39,845 bases of DNA from Octopus bimaculoides (lineage: Eukaryota): contig NW_026365845.1 of NCBI RefSeq assembly GCF_001194135.2, positions 9,784 to 49,628 on the forward strand. The letters are read 5' to 3'. Below are positions 1-11,147 of the stretch, in pieces (position 1 is the first letter of the stretch; each line of letters begins with the position of its first letter). The notes under the pieces are model-generated. The model was not told where the DNA came from, searched no databases, and saw only the letters and a list, made by a program, of their open reading frames with translations. Made by a program: the position numbers and the translations under genes.

Positions 1-130
1 AAGCATTCACTAGACAAGACTTCCCTTTCTACTCTCAACTTCCTCTTCAGGTGATACTTGAAGAAGTTGATGAGAGATTGCCCAGAGAGGAAAGTCTTTG
101 TCTCTAGACCTTTCTTGTGGCTCCTGCTCT
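1..130 (-). mobile_element. Possible L1/Tx1-type LINE ORF2 C-terminal fragment
   Basis: A minus-strand frame other than the listed ORF reads KGLETKTFLSGQSLINFFKYHLKRKLRVEREVLSSEC. By eye this resembles the C-terminus of Tx1-like ORF2; no search was run. Confidence 0.35.
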
Positions 131-499
131 CTCGGAACTGGGTGATGTTGCTGAAAAAAATCATCTTCCTCATCCTCATTGCTGGTGGTGCTGCAGCCCT
201 CCTCCTTGGTCTCCATTAGGGCTGTCTCTATAATGGTCTCCAGGCAGACAGACAGAATAGATAGATGTGTGTGTGCGCGCACGTTTGTCTATCTTCCTCT
301 GTGTGTGTGTATGTGTGGTGTTAAAATATATTAGGATTGTTTACAGCGGAAAGAAGAAAATTACAAAAGTCTGCTATGATTGTAATACAAATAATGCTGT
401 TCTTAAAATATTAAAATCCGATTGGAAATTGATGCAAGAGCTAATAAAGATATTCACTGGTCGTTGTAATCCATTTCTTCTTCGGAGCAATTAAGGAAG

Positions 500-1775
500 T
501 AATCAGTGCTTGGTGGATGAAATAAAATGTTTAATGGTGAAGGGAGGTGGAACATCGATCATGATATACGTAGCTCACCGCCTATTTTATCCACAGACAT
601 TAATGTTTGCCTTAACATGACATTATTATTACTGCCGTAATTAAATTAACCGAACTAATTGGAAATATACATTGGTGGGCGGTGCCGTCATCTAAAAGTT
701 CCTTATATAAATTTTATAACGTTTAGAATCAGCTTCACTTATTAATCATTTTATAACCGTGGAACACGAAATAGATAAAACTATAAAGCAATCTTGTCTA
801 TTATATATAGAAGGCCTGAAATTTGCGGAGTTGGGGGATACTCAATTACATCGACTCCAGTGCGTAACTGGTACTTAATTTATTGACCACGAAATGATGA
901 AAGGTAAAGTCGACCTCGGCGGAATTTGAACTCAGACCGTAAAGACGGACGAAACACCGTAAAGTATTTTGTCCGGTATGCTAACGATTCTGCCTGAGTT
1001 TATATTTTTGTTATATTTATATTTTTTTCTAAATTCGATGAGGCTAGGCAAAGGAGGGATCTTTACCCTTTGGCCGGCACATTTAAAAAATAATTTTTTG
1101 TGTGATTTCGGAATATAACGAGGAAAAATTCGGATCTTGGGAATTTTCCGAAAGTTTTCTCCCCCACCTCAAGATTTTTCCCACAAATTACTTTATAATC
1201 GTAATGTATGCCGTTTGAAAGGTATTTACACAAAATTTCAATTAATTAAAAAAAGGCACATTTTCCTAACAGTTACAAGGGGAAAAAAGACGAATCTTGT
1301 AAATTTTCCGAAGTCCTCTCCCCACCAACTGAAGGGATTTGTGGATATATTAAATTATACTAGGGACTTTTAACTTATTCAGACGGGGGAAAATTATGCC
1401 TACTTAATTAGGTCGATAAATTTAATTATATCATATGTAGTAACTATGTGATATTAAGTTATTTCATTTACTCTGGGTTGGATATAAATGAAGGAACAAA
1501 ATTGGGAAAACTAAGGAATTTCTTAATGCATTAAATTAGTTTCAGGATTTTAAACAGATGACACCGGTATCATATTGAGACAGGTGAAATTTGTGAGCGG
1601 CACCGATCGACTTGAGTGTTTCTAATTAGTTCAGCTTAATTAATTACATCAAGTATAATAATTATGCGACATTGCGGTTAATGATTGTGGATAAGATAAA
1701 CGTGAGCTACATGTTTCAGGGTGGCTGTTCCATCTTGCTCATGATTAAATATTTCACTTCATCCACAAGCGACAT
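500..1775. repeat. Degenerate inverted repeat pair (arms ~500-690 and ~1595-1775)
   Basis: The reverse complement of 1595-1775 aligns to 500-690 through ordered shared blocks: gcttg(g)tggatgaa, ggaaca, gtagctcac, ttatccaca, gtaattaa, gaactaatt, cggtgccg. Confidence 0.6.
812..995 (-). mobile_element. tRNA-derived SINE, family A
   Basis: The reverse complement carries a B-box (GTTCAAATTCC) in a tRNA-like head. Related copies lie at ~6180, ~6335, ~10968, ~24660 and ~39693. Confidence 0.75.
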
Positions 1776-2370
1776 CGTTAATTGGTTGTTTACTAATTAA
1801 CAAGAGCAGGCCTAAACAAACGTTGTCCCTAATTAACAAGAGCAAGACCAAATGAACGAATAAACTTTTAATCAGCCACACAGATGAACGAATAGCTATC
1901 CTCATCTTTCTTCGCTTTTTAGTTGAATTTCAAATCGAAACCAATAATTATTATTTAGATGATCATAGCAAAAGACATTGGCTTAACCCGTAGTGAACAA
2001 TCCTAGGGCTATACGTGAACTTGGCTTCCGTGAATTACAAGAAATCGGTAAGTAAATGCTTCGAAACAGGTAAATTATGTTCTGGAAATACTCTGTTCAT
2101 TGTTATGCAAAACATAAAGCGATAATTAAATCGGGGTGTAATTAATTACAAATGACCAAAATAATAATTAAGTCACTTCACAGGTGAGACAAGTGAAAGC
2201 AGATAACAGAAAGGTAAAAAGAGATAAGTAATTAGAGAAATGTAGAAACACATCATTTATATACAGAATGGACTCCAACCCATGCAAATGTAGATGTTAA
2301 ATGGATGATAGTTGATGTTGTAATATTTGCAATGTTGAATTGTTATGTCTTTTAATTATCCTATTTATCT

Positions 2371-2393
2371 TACTGCTTCTTTTCTTATTTCAG
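2371..2393 (+). other. Splice acceptor for the coding exon of ZF gene 1
   Basis: tactgcttcttttcttatttcAG|aatatcac. The same polypyrimidine-AG junction occurs in genes 2, 3 and 4. Confidence 0.7.
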
Positions 2394-2795
2394 AATATCA
2401 CATCCTGTTGACACACAGGAAATTTCTTCATTCAGATGTGCCTTCAATATTTTTATCAACTCTTATTGACTAAGGGAAAACGAGATATCTATAAGGACAT
2501 TCATCAATACATCAATCTCTTTATATGAAGAAAGTCTATGACAAACAACAACGAAATATTTTTCCTGTCTTTGCTCTCTGGAATGTAGAAGAGATGACTG
2601 CTTTACAGGTTGGATAACTTTACAAAGAGTTGATACTTTCCATCTGCTGTTTTGGATATGAAGTAAGATCACAGATGAAAGAAACACAGCATTAAATTAT
2701 TCTCTGGAAATTGTGATTCAATTTCACCCAAACATATTCATAGAAATGAAAAATTCATTATCATTGTGATATGTATGAAAAATTATTCTCTCATA

Positions 2796-3686
2796 ATGAA
2801 TAGTTCAACGAAACCAAAAAACCCTGATACCAGAGAAAAGCTACATCCCTGTGCTATCTGTGGTAAATCATTCTCTCATAGTACTAACTTAACCAGACAC
2901 AAACGTACACATACAGGAGAGAAGCCATATCATTGCGATATCTGTGGTAAGTCGTTCCCTGAAGCTGGTCAGTTGAAAACGCACAAACGTATGCATACAG
3001 GGGAAAAGCCATATCAGTGTAATATCTGTGGTAAATCCTTCGTTTCTGTTAGTCACGTGACTAATCACAAACGTATTCACACTGGGGAGAAGCCATATCA
3101 TTGTGATACCTGTGGTAAATCATTCACACAAAATAGTCATTTGACTAAACACAAACTTATTCATACAGGAGAGAAACCATATCACTGTGGTATTTGCGGT
3201 AAATCGTTCTCTCGAAATGATAAATTGAACCCTCACAAACGCACTCATACAGGAGAGAAGCCATATCATTGTAATATCTGTGGTGAATCATTTTCTCAAG
3301 ACAGTAACATGAAAAGGCACAAACGCACTCACACAGGTGAGAAGCCACATCATTGTGATATCTGTGATAAATCATTCTCTGAAAGTAGTCTCTTGACTCG
3401 TCACATACGGATTCATACAGGTGAGAAACCATATCGTTGTGATATCTGCGGTACATCATTCTCTCAAAATGGTTATTTCACTAAGCACAAACGCGTTCAT
3501 ACTGGGGAAAAACCATATCATTGTGATACTTGTGGTAAATCATTTTCTCAAAATAGCACTCTAACTAGTCACAAACGCATTCACACGGGAGAGAAGCCAT
3601 ATTCCTGTGATATCTGTGGTAAATCATTCTCTCAACTGAGTGCTTTAAATAAACACAAACAGACACATACAGGAGAAAATCCATAA
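2796..3686 (+). CDS. C2H2 zinc-finger protein 1 (10 fingers, 296 aa from the conserved ATG; alternative in-frame ATG at 2775)
   Basis: Ten CX2CX12HX3H repeats with TGEKP linkers and an uninterrupted ORF. The ORF track starts at a GTG; the ctcataATG is the start shared by all six genes. Confidence 0.9.
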   Translation: MNSSTKPKNPDTREKLHPCAICGKSFSHSTNLTRHKRTHTGEKPYHCDICGKSFPEAGQLKTHKRMHTGEKPYQCNICGKSFVSVSHVTNHKRIHTGEKPYHCDTCGKSFTQNSHLTKHKLIHTGEKPYHCGICGKSFSRNDKLNPHKRTHTGEKPYHCNICGESFSQDSNMKRHKRTHTGEKPHHCDICDKSFSESSLLTRHIRIHTGEKPYRCDICGTSFSQNGYFTKHKRVHTGEKPYHCDTCGKSFSQNSTLTSHKRIHTGEKPYSCDICGKSFSQLSALNKHKQTHTGENP

Positions 3687-4300
3687 TCTTGAAATACCTG
3701 TGATAATCCATTTTCTGAAAATGGTGTTTTAACTATAAACGAACATGTTCACACCAGAGACAAACTATGTCATGATTATATCTGTGGTAAATCTTTGTCT
3801 CATGGACCTAACTTAACTGTACTTGGAGACATTCCTACCGGAGGAAAACCATATCACTGTGATATCTCTGGTAAATCATTCTTTCGTGCCATTAACATGA
3901 AAGGACACAGACATATTCATACAGGTGAGATGCCATTTTATTGTAATGTCTGTGGTAAATCATTCTCATGAAACAGTGACTTGACTGCTTACAAACATCC
4001 ATACAGGAGAGAAGCCATATCACTGTCAGATCTGTGGTAAATCATTTCCTCGTGTACCTTAAATAAGCACAAACAGACGCATACAGGAGAGAAGCCATAA
4101 CCTTACATTAGCTGTTGTAATTCATTTTTTGAAAATGGTGTTTTAACTAAACACAAAAATGTTCATACCAGACAGAAATTATGTCATGGTCTTATCTATG
4201 ATAAATCATTCTCTCATAGACCTAACTTAACTGTCCATGAACGAATTCCTACAAGAAAGAAGCCATGTCAATGGCAATTCATTCTATCGAAAAAGCCACA
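3687..4300 (+). other. Decayed zinc-finger repeats forming the 3'UTR of gene 1
   Basis: tgtggtaaatc and catacaggagagaagcc motifs continue at ~84-bp spacing, with stops and frameshifts. Confidence 0.75.
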
Positions 4301-4540
4301 TGCATACACATGTGGGTATCCACACACAAGTGTAACTGTATTAGTGTCAAAATTTAATACATGACTTCAGTTAAGACTATTTTGTCTGCTAAAAGACATT
4401 TTTTTTTTCCCTTCATCAACTTTAATATCGTCAATGTAAATCTGAAATTTGTCATCTGTAAAAATATTGACTCTGAGATAACTTGGTTACTGAAAATGCC
4501 TGCTCTTGGATTTTGAGGAATTTGTTAAAAAAGAATAATG

Positions 4541-4546
4541 AATAAA
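4541..4546 (+). terminator. Polyadenylation signal, gene 1
   Basis: AATAAA in the conserved context aagaataatgAATAAAaagttagactg, followed by a GT-rich tract. Confidence 0.65.
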
Positions 4547-4617
4547 AAGTTAGACTGTCACCATTTTGTGTTTGTTTTGTTACTCTATATCTAGACACTG
4601 TCCCCTCTATACCTTAA

Positions 4618-4888
4618 CCCATTACCTCCCATAATTCTGGAATTTTTTTTATGAAACTTTGATTTCTAGCATAAAACAGCCTTAGAAACACACTGGAATG
4701 ATCAAAATAACATTTTAAATAGAAATAAGCGAGATATTGGGTGAAAAATTAGCAAACCTCCTTTGAATATCAGAGAAATATACCTAGTAGATATAGCAAA
4801 AAGGTTAGATATGTGTAAATATTGACAGATAATTAGGAAATTTTTAATTTTTAAGTGATCTCATATGAGATCACTGGTAGGTAATGGG
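4618..4888. mobile_element. piggyBac-type MITE (271 bp)
   Basis: TTAA TSDs at 4614-4617 and 4889-4892; TIR CCCATTACCT(C/A)CCA. Paralogous empty sites (e.g. 38521 ccttaaatttctcaac) carry a single TTAA. Confidence 0.85.
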
Positions 4889-4984
4889 TTAAATCTCTCA
4901 ACTGGTACAGTCACACCCCTTCAATATTAATTCCATTCCCTCACTCCCAGTTGTGTGTGTTTTATTTTGCAAGGTAGTTGGTGA

Positions 4985-5210
4985 ACCTGTAGGTGCTGAT
5001 GTCACACTAAGAGCACAGGTAAAAAGCAGTAGTGTTGGTACCATGTAAAGAGACCTGGTGTGTGTGTGACATGTAAAAGACCCTGGTGCTGCTACCACAT
5101 AAAAAGCACCAGTCATAGTGCTATGTGAAGAATGCAGGTGCTGGTGCCAGGAAAGAAGCAGTGGTGACGGTGCCACATGACAAACGCTACTGGGGTTACC
5201 ACATAAAAGG
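4985..5210 (+). repeat. Diverged ~26-bp monomer array (old RTE-tail-related element)
   Basis: Repeats of the type ataaaaagcactggtgctggtgtcac. Homologous segments follow genes 2, 3 and 6. Confidence 0.55.
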
Positions 5211-5593
5211 CACGTGGCCGGACCCTATGGGGCTGGCTGAACAATTAGGAAACGAAACAGAGAAGCAATGGTCTTTGGATCAGTGGGACATGTGGAGGAA
5301 GGGTAATGACCAGACGGGACATGGGGGTGACGTTCCGAAGGGACAGGGAGGTTGACGGTATGACGTCACGTCTGGAAGTCACAGGGCTGGAAACGCCTTT
5401 TTTTTTCTTTTTTTTACAGGGCTTTAGGCGAGGGCAAGTCGTGAGATGGAAACAGTCGTAAAGGAGAATATGGGAGTACAATTTGTTAAAATAATCTGGT
5501 AAAAAATATGAAAAAAAAAACTTGAAAGGGAAGTTGTTGCCAGAATGGGACAAAGAGAACACCCGAAACGAAACCAACCAACCAACCAACCAG

Positions 5594-5741
5594 GAGAACC
5601 ATCTATCGGAGAATTGAAGAAATACAATCATATGAAGGGAAATAACTTCTACAACACTTCAGTCAAAGTCCAATTAAATTATTAATTAAGGTGATTAATT
5701 ACCGATCGCTGACTCGCAGTCTATATCCGAATACGGTAAGT
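5594..5741 (+). promoter_or_regulatory. Promoter, non-coding exon 1 and donor of gene 2
   Basis: TATGAAG at 5631; TCAGTC Inr-like A at 5661 (30 bp spacing); G|GTAAGT donor at 5736. A second donor copy lies at 6071. The cassette recurs in five other units. Confidence 0.6.
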
Positions 5742-6179
5742 TGACAAAGATTTGTTTTAAGACTGTAGTACTACTTCTAATAATAATGTATATAATAGAA
5801 TTATGTGAACCTTTCGATTTTACACTAATTATATAGAAGTGAAAGCACATAACATTGGGAAAGGATGTTTTCTCGTCTTAAATAACAACTTCCACACTGA
5901 AATATTGATTTGTTGTTTATGGAAAACCTATGATCGATTGTTACGTGTGAAATTGATTGGTAAAATGAGAGTAAAACGGCGTAATTAATTCGTAAAAATG
6001 AGAGGAAACCGATTGATGAGTACTTCATTAATTAGTGTTGTCCTGTTGTTTATGAGGCACTAATTAAACGGTAAGTTGACAAAGATTTACTTTGAGGTTA
6101 TATTAATAATAGTAATGATGGTCATGGTTTTAAATTTTGGCCCAGGACCAGCAGTTTTTGAAGCGAGCTCGAATTTGAT

Positions 6180-6280
6180 TACAAGGAACCCGGTACTTGC
6201 CGTAAGGAATGAACGGCAAAGTCGACCTCGGTCGTATTTGAACTCAGGAATTTCTGCCTTCAGTTCCTTTCGCTGTGAAT

Positions 6281-6312
<32 letters not shown>

Positions 6313-6510
6313 AATTTTTTGTACTTTAGGCACAAGGCCTGAAAGGACGTAAGTCGATTACAGGGACCCTGGTGCTCTACTGCTTCTGTTATCGACCTCA
6401 AAAGGATGGAAAGGCAAAGTCGACCTCAATGGAATTTGAACTTCGAAAGTAAAGACGAACGAAATGCTGTTTTAGCATTTTCTCCGGCATGCTAACGATT
6501 CTACCAGTAA
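6180..6510 (-). mobile_element. Two SINE family A fragments separated by a (GAT)n microsatellite
   Basis: aaagtcgacctc...aatttgaact occurs twice; (GAT)n at ~6281-6312. Confidence 0.65.
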
Positions 6511-7246
6511 ATAATAGAATCATGTAAACCCTTCGAAGTTACAGTAATTCTATAGAAGTAAAAGCACGTAACAACACTGGGAAAGGATGCTTTCTCGTCT
6601 TAAATCTATTATATTTAGAAACACTTCGGGATGAAGTGTTATATATAAAATAAATAGATTAAAGATTTGGTGAATTAACGGTAATTCAGAATTGTTAGAT
6701 GTGCTTTAAATTTAATTACTACATAATGAGAGAAAAGCTACCTAATTAATTTTGATATAGCTACATATCGGACTAGGTATAAATACATAATCGTGCCCCA
6801 CCGAATTTGTTTCTTCTTTACTTTCTAAAGAATTGGTATTTTGTAACGAGATTTTGTATGGTTACATTCCAGATGACGTAGATTACGATTATAATACTCT
6901 TTAGATGGTGTAGATTAGAATTGCATACGAATTTGTGAAAAATTTCTTCGAAGACGGTGGAATATAGTGATATAAATATAGTGGCATAAATTACGATGAT
7001 ATAGGAACATGTGAAAAACTTTTCTGCTCTCTTTTAAACTAATTCAAAAGCAGCTCAACTCAACCTCTACTGGTTGTTTAACGTGCTGGAAATAGCAGTC
7101 TTCACATGGCTTTATCGCAAGATTTGTAGCATGATAAACAAGGCAATCTTTAGTTTTATCTGTGGGATCGATAATAAAACTAATATAATCCATAAAAACA
7201 TAGAAAAATAGACTGGGATACCCAGAGTATGTTGGAATGATATATA

Positions 7247-7645
7247 GGCGCAGGAGTGGCTGTGTGGTAAGTAGCTTGCTTAGCAACCACATGGTTCCAG
7301 GTTCATTCCCACTGCGTGGCACCTTGCATAAGAATCTTCTACTATAGCCTCGGGCTGACCAAAGTCCTGTGAGTGGATTTGGTAGACGGAAACTGAAAGA
7401 AGCCCATCGTATATATGTATATGTATGTGTTTGTGTGTTTACGTTTGTCCCCTTCCCCCACCATCACTTGACATCCGATGCTGGTATGTTTACGTCCCTG
7501 TAACTTAGCGGTTTGGCAAAAAAGAGCCCGATAGAATCAGTACTAGGCTTACAAAGAATAAGTCCTGGGGTCAATTTGCTCGACTAAAAGGTGGTGCTCC
7601 AGCATGGCCACAGTCAAATGGCTGAAACAAATGAAAGAATAGAAA
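7247..7645 (+). mobile_element. Full-length tRNA-derived SINE, family B
   Basis: A-box-like TGGCTGTGTGG and B-box-like GGTTCATTCCC, internal (TA/TG)n and A-rich tail. Near-identical copies at 12575 and 15685. Confidence 0.85.
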
Positions 7646-7734
7646 TCAGTTTGTGACCATCAATGGATGACAGTGTTGCTGTTGTAAAATTTGCGCTGTT
7701 AAATTACTATGTCGGTTAAATATCAATTTTATCT

Positions 7735-7757
7735 TACTGCTTCTTTTCCTATTTCAG
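7735..7757 (+). other. Splice acceptor, gene 2
   Basis: actgcttcttttcctatttcAG|aatatcac. Confidence 0.7.
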
Positions 7758-8084
7758 AATATCACATATGTTGACATAAAAGAAATTTCTTCATTCAGAT
7801 GTGTGCCTGATNNNNNNNNNNAGACAACTGGAAAAATATTTCTTTTGGACAATGGAGTTAACAGCAACATTTTCTTGTCTTCGCTGTCTGGAATGTAGAG
7901 AAGATTAACTAAGCTTGGATAACTTTCCAAAGGAGCTGATGATTTACATCTGCAATTTTACACAGATGACAGAAACAGCATTAAATTATTCTCTGAAAAT
8001 AGTGACTCAACTGAACACAAACACATTCATGGAAATGAAACAAACAATGTCTTTGTGATATAAATGACAAATTATTCTCTCATA

Positions 8085-8975
8085 ATGAATCATTTAACTA
8101 AACGAAAAAACACTGATACAAGAGAGAAACCTTATCATTGTGATATCTGTGGTAAATCATTCCCTCATAATAGTAAGTTAACTAGGCACAGACGTACACA
8201 TACAGGAGAGAAACCATATCATTGCAATATCTGTGGTGAATCATTCTTTGATGCCTGTCACTTGAAAACGCACAAACATATTCATACAGGAGAGAAGCTA
8301 TATCATTGTAATATCTGTGGTAAATCATTTTCTCAAAATGGTGCCTTGACTAGACACAAACGTACACATACAGGAGAAAGGCCATATCATTGTGATATCT
8401 GTGGTAAATCATTCACTGAAAATGCTCATTTAACTAGACACAAATGCACTCATACAGGAGAGAAACCATATCACTGTATTATCTGTGGTAAAACATTTTC
8501 TCAAAGGAGTGACTTGACTAACCACAACCGTACACATACAGGACAGAAGCCATATTATTGCAAAAACTGTGGTAAATCCTTCTCCCAAGTCGGTCACTTG
8601 AAAACACATGAACGTATACATACAGGTGAAAAGCCCTATTATTGTGATATCTGTGGTAAATCATTTTCCGAAGCCAGTAATATGAAACAGCACAAACGTA
8701 TTCATACAGGTGAGAAGCCATGTCATTGTGATATTTGTGGTAAATCATTCTCTCGAAGTAGTCACTTGACTGATCACAAACGCATTCATACAGGTGAGAA
8801 GCCTTATCATTGTGATATCTGTGGTAAATCATTCTCTCAAAGTGGTAACTTGACTAATCACAAACTTACACATACAGGAGAGAAGCCATATCATTGCGAT
8901 ATCTGTGGTATATCATTTCCTCAAATGAGTGCCTTAACTAAACACACACATACACATACAGGAGAGAAGCCATGA
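8085..8975 (+). CDS. C2H2 zinc-finger protein 2 (10 fingers; alternative ATG at 8064)
   Basis: Ten intact fingers with TGEKP-type linkers. An in-frame TAA lies immediately before 8064. Confidence 0.9.
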   Translation: MNHLTKRKNTDTREKPYHCDICGKSFPHNSKLTRHRRTHTGEKPYHCNICGESFFDACHLKTHKHIHTGEKLYHCNICGKSFSQNGALTRHKRTHTGERPYHCDICGKSFTENAHLTRHKCTHTGEKPYHCIICGKTFSQRSDLTNHNRTHTGQKPYYCKNCGKSFSQVGHLKTHERIHTGEKPYYCDICGKSFSEASNMKQHKRIHTGEKPCHCDICGKSFSRSSHLTDHKRIHTGEKPYHCDICGKSFSQSGNLTNHKLTHTGEKPYHCDICGISFPQMSALTKHTHTHTGEKP

Positions 8976-9426
8976 CCTTACATTAGCTGTTGTAATTCAT
9001 TTTTTGTAAATGGTATTTTAACTATACACAAAAATGTTTATGCCAGACAGAAATTGTGCCATGGTCTTATCTATGGTAAATCATTTTCTCATAGACCTAA
9101 CTTAACTGTATGTGAATGAATTCCTGCGGGAGAGAAACCATGCCAGTGTGATATCTGTGGTGAATCATTCTCTCGAAAAAGCCACATGCATACACATGTG
9201 GGTATTCACATGTCAAAATTTAATACATGACAACAATTAAGACTAATTTGTCTGCTAAAACACAGGGTTTTTTTCCCCTCGTCAACTTTGACATCATTAA
9301 TTTCAATACTGTCAATGTCAAACCTCAAATTTGTCATTATCTGTCAAAATGTTGACTCTGAGATAACTTGATTACTGAAAATGCCTTTGGCTAGACTTTG
9401 AGGAATTTTTTAAAAAAAGAATAATG

Positions 9427-9432
9427 AATAAA
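9427..9432 (+). terminator. Polyadenylation signal, gene 2
   Basis: AATAAA in the same conserved context as gene 1. Confidence 0.65.
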
Positions 9433-9604
9433 AAGTTAGACTGCAACCATTTTTGTGTTTGTTTTGTTACTCTATATCTAGACACTGTGCCCTCTATACC
9501 CTAAATCTCTCAACTGGCAGAAAAACACACCCCTTCAATACTACTTCCCTTCTTCCCTGTTGTGAGTGTTTTTGTCAGCAAGGTCCTTGGTGACCCTGTT
9601 TGTG

Positions 9605-10390
9605 TTAGTGCCACATAAAAAGCACTGGTGCTGGTGTCACGTAGAAGGCACAAGTTCCAGAATCATGCACAAAACATAGGTGCTGTTGCCACATAAACAG
9701 CACTGGTGCTGGTGTCACATAGAAGGCACAAGTACCAGAATCATGCACAAAACATAGGTGCTGTTGCCACATAAAAAGCACTGGTGCTGGTGTCACATAG
9801 AAGGCACAAGTACCAGAATCATGTNNNNNNNNNNNNNNNNNNNNNNNNNNNNNNNNNNNNNNNNNNNNNNNNNNNNNNNNNNNNNNNNNNNNNNNNNNNN
9901 NNNNNNNNNNNNNNNNNNNNNNNNNNNNNNNNNNNNNNNNNNNNNNNNNNNNNNNNNNNNNNNNNNNNNNNNNNNNNNNNNNNNNNNNNNNNNNNNNNNN
10001 NNNNNNNNNNNNNNNNNNNNNNNNNNNNNNNNNNNNNNNNNNNNNNNNNNNNNNNNNNNNNNNNNNNNNNNNNNNNNNNNNNNNNNNNNNNNNNNNNNNN
10101 NNNNNNNNNNNNNNNNCCAGAATCATGCACAAAACATAGGTGCTGTTGCCACATAAAAAGCACTGGTGCTGGTGTCACATAGAAGGCACAAGTTCCAGAA
10201 TCATGCACAAAACATAGGTGCTGTTGCCACATAAAAAGCACTGGTGCTGGTGTCACATAGAAGGCACAAGTACCAGAATCATGCACAAAACATAGGTGCT
10301 GTTGCCACATAAAAAGCACTGGTGCTGGTGTCACATAGAAGGCACAAGTACCAGAATCATGTACAAAACATAGGTGCTGTTGCCACATAT
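9605..10390. repeat. 78-bp minisatellite spanning an assembly gap
   Basis: Near-perfect copies of ccagaatcatgcacaaaacataggtgctgttgccacataaaaagcactggtgctggtgtcacatagaaggcacaagta on both sides of the N-run. Confidence 0.9.
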
Positions 10391-10965
10391 AAAGCAGTGG
10401 TGCCACACTTAAGGTACTAGCGCTGTTACCACATAAGCTCCAGTGATGGTACCATGGAAAAAGCACAGATGCTGCTGCCAGGAAAAATGTGCTAGTGCAG
10501 GTGCCATGTAAAGTGCCCTGGTGCTGGGGCCGTGTAAAGCCACTGGTACTGGTGTGATGTAAAATGCACTGGTGATAGTATCACACAAAAGAAAGTGCCA
10601 GTGATGGTGTCATGTAAAATTCTCTGGTGGTGGTCTCTCATAAAAACCATGGGTGGGGATACCAGCTAAAAAGCACTGGTGATGGTTGCAAGTAAAAACC
10701 TTTACTGATGGGGTCACATAAAATGAACTGGTGAGGCTGTCACACAATAAGCGCTGGTATTGGTGTCACATGATCAACACTGGTGCTAATGTGATGTAAA
10801 CAACACCCAGTGTTCTCTATAAATTAGTTGGCGATAGGAAATGCTTCCTGTGGTAGATAACATGCCAAAACAGATAATGGAACCTTGTGTGGACCATGGA
10901 TTTGCCAGCTCCTGTCAAACGATCCACCCATGCCTGCATTGGAAAATGGACATTAAATGATGAGG
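10391..10965 (+). mobile_element. Old RTE-tail-type element: 26-bp monomers plus 3' tail
   Basis: Diverged 26-bp monomers, then a tail (ttggcgataggaa...cacccatgcctgcattggaaaatggacattaaatgatga) homologous to the younger RTE 3' ends. Confidence 0.55.
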
Positions 10966-10967
10966 TA

Positions 10968-11147
10968 TAATTATTTCTTTATTGCCCACAAAGGGCTAAA
11001 CATAGAGGGGACAGACAAAGGGATTAAGTGGATTACATCGTCTGCAGTACATAACTGGTACTTATTTAATCGACTCTGAAAGGATGAAAGGCAAAGTCGA
11101 CCTTGGTGGAATTTGAACTCAGAATATAACGGCAGACGAAATACCGT
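10968..11147 (-). mobile_element. SINE family A
   Basis: Matches the 812-995 family, including aaaggcaaagtcgacc...aatttgaactcag. Confidence 0.75.

Noticed and set aside
10-282. 90-aa acidic ORF as an exon of a neighbouring gene
   Set aside because: No recognisable domain; it starts in a microsatellite, and another frame looks more like a LINE fragment.
2766-2768. GTG starts given by the ORF track (2766, 18926, 25432, 30221, 35381)
   Set aside because: An artefact of the ORF caller allowing alternative starts; the conserved ATG 30 nt downstream is the likely initiator.
2889-3459. Minus-strand ORFs over the ZF genes (also 8430-8832, 30309-30971) and alternative-frame plus ORFs (19935, 26606)
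   Set aside because: Shadow frames of the 84-bp finger repeat; repetitive [12 protein letters not shown]-type text with no independent gene signals.
7247-7320. tRNA genes at SINE heads
   Set aside because: A/B-box-like motifs run straight into multi-copy SINE bodies; no complete cloverleaf is evident.
9758-10182. Long ORFs dominated by X (also near 14882, 22533, 27842, 29580, 34724, 37557)
   Set aside because: They are open only because they cross N-gaps.
9605-10390. Possible CRISPR-like array
   Set aside because: Head-to-tail identical units with no unique spacers, in eukaryotic DNA with no cas genes. The same applies to the 85-bp array at 37490-38200.
9605-10466. Repetitive 26-aa ORF (HDSGTCAFYVTPAPVLFMWQQHLCFV)
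   Set aside because: A by-product of a 78-bp minisatellite whose period is divisible by three; no splice or start context.
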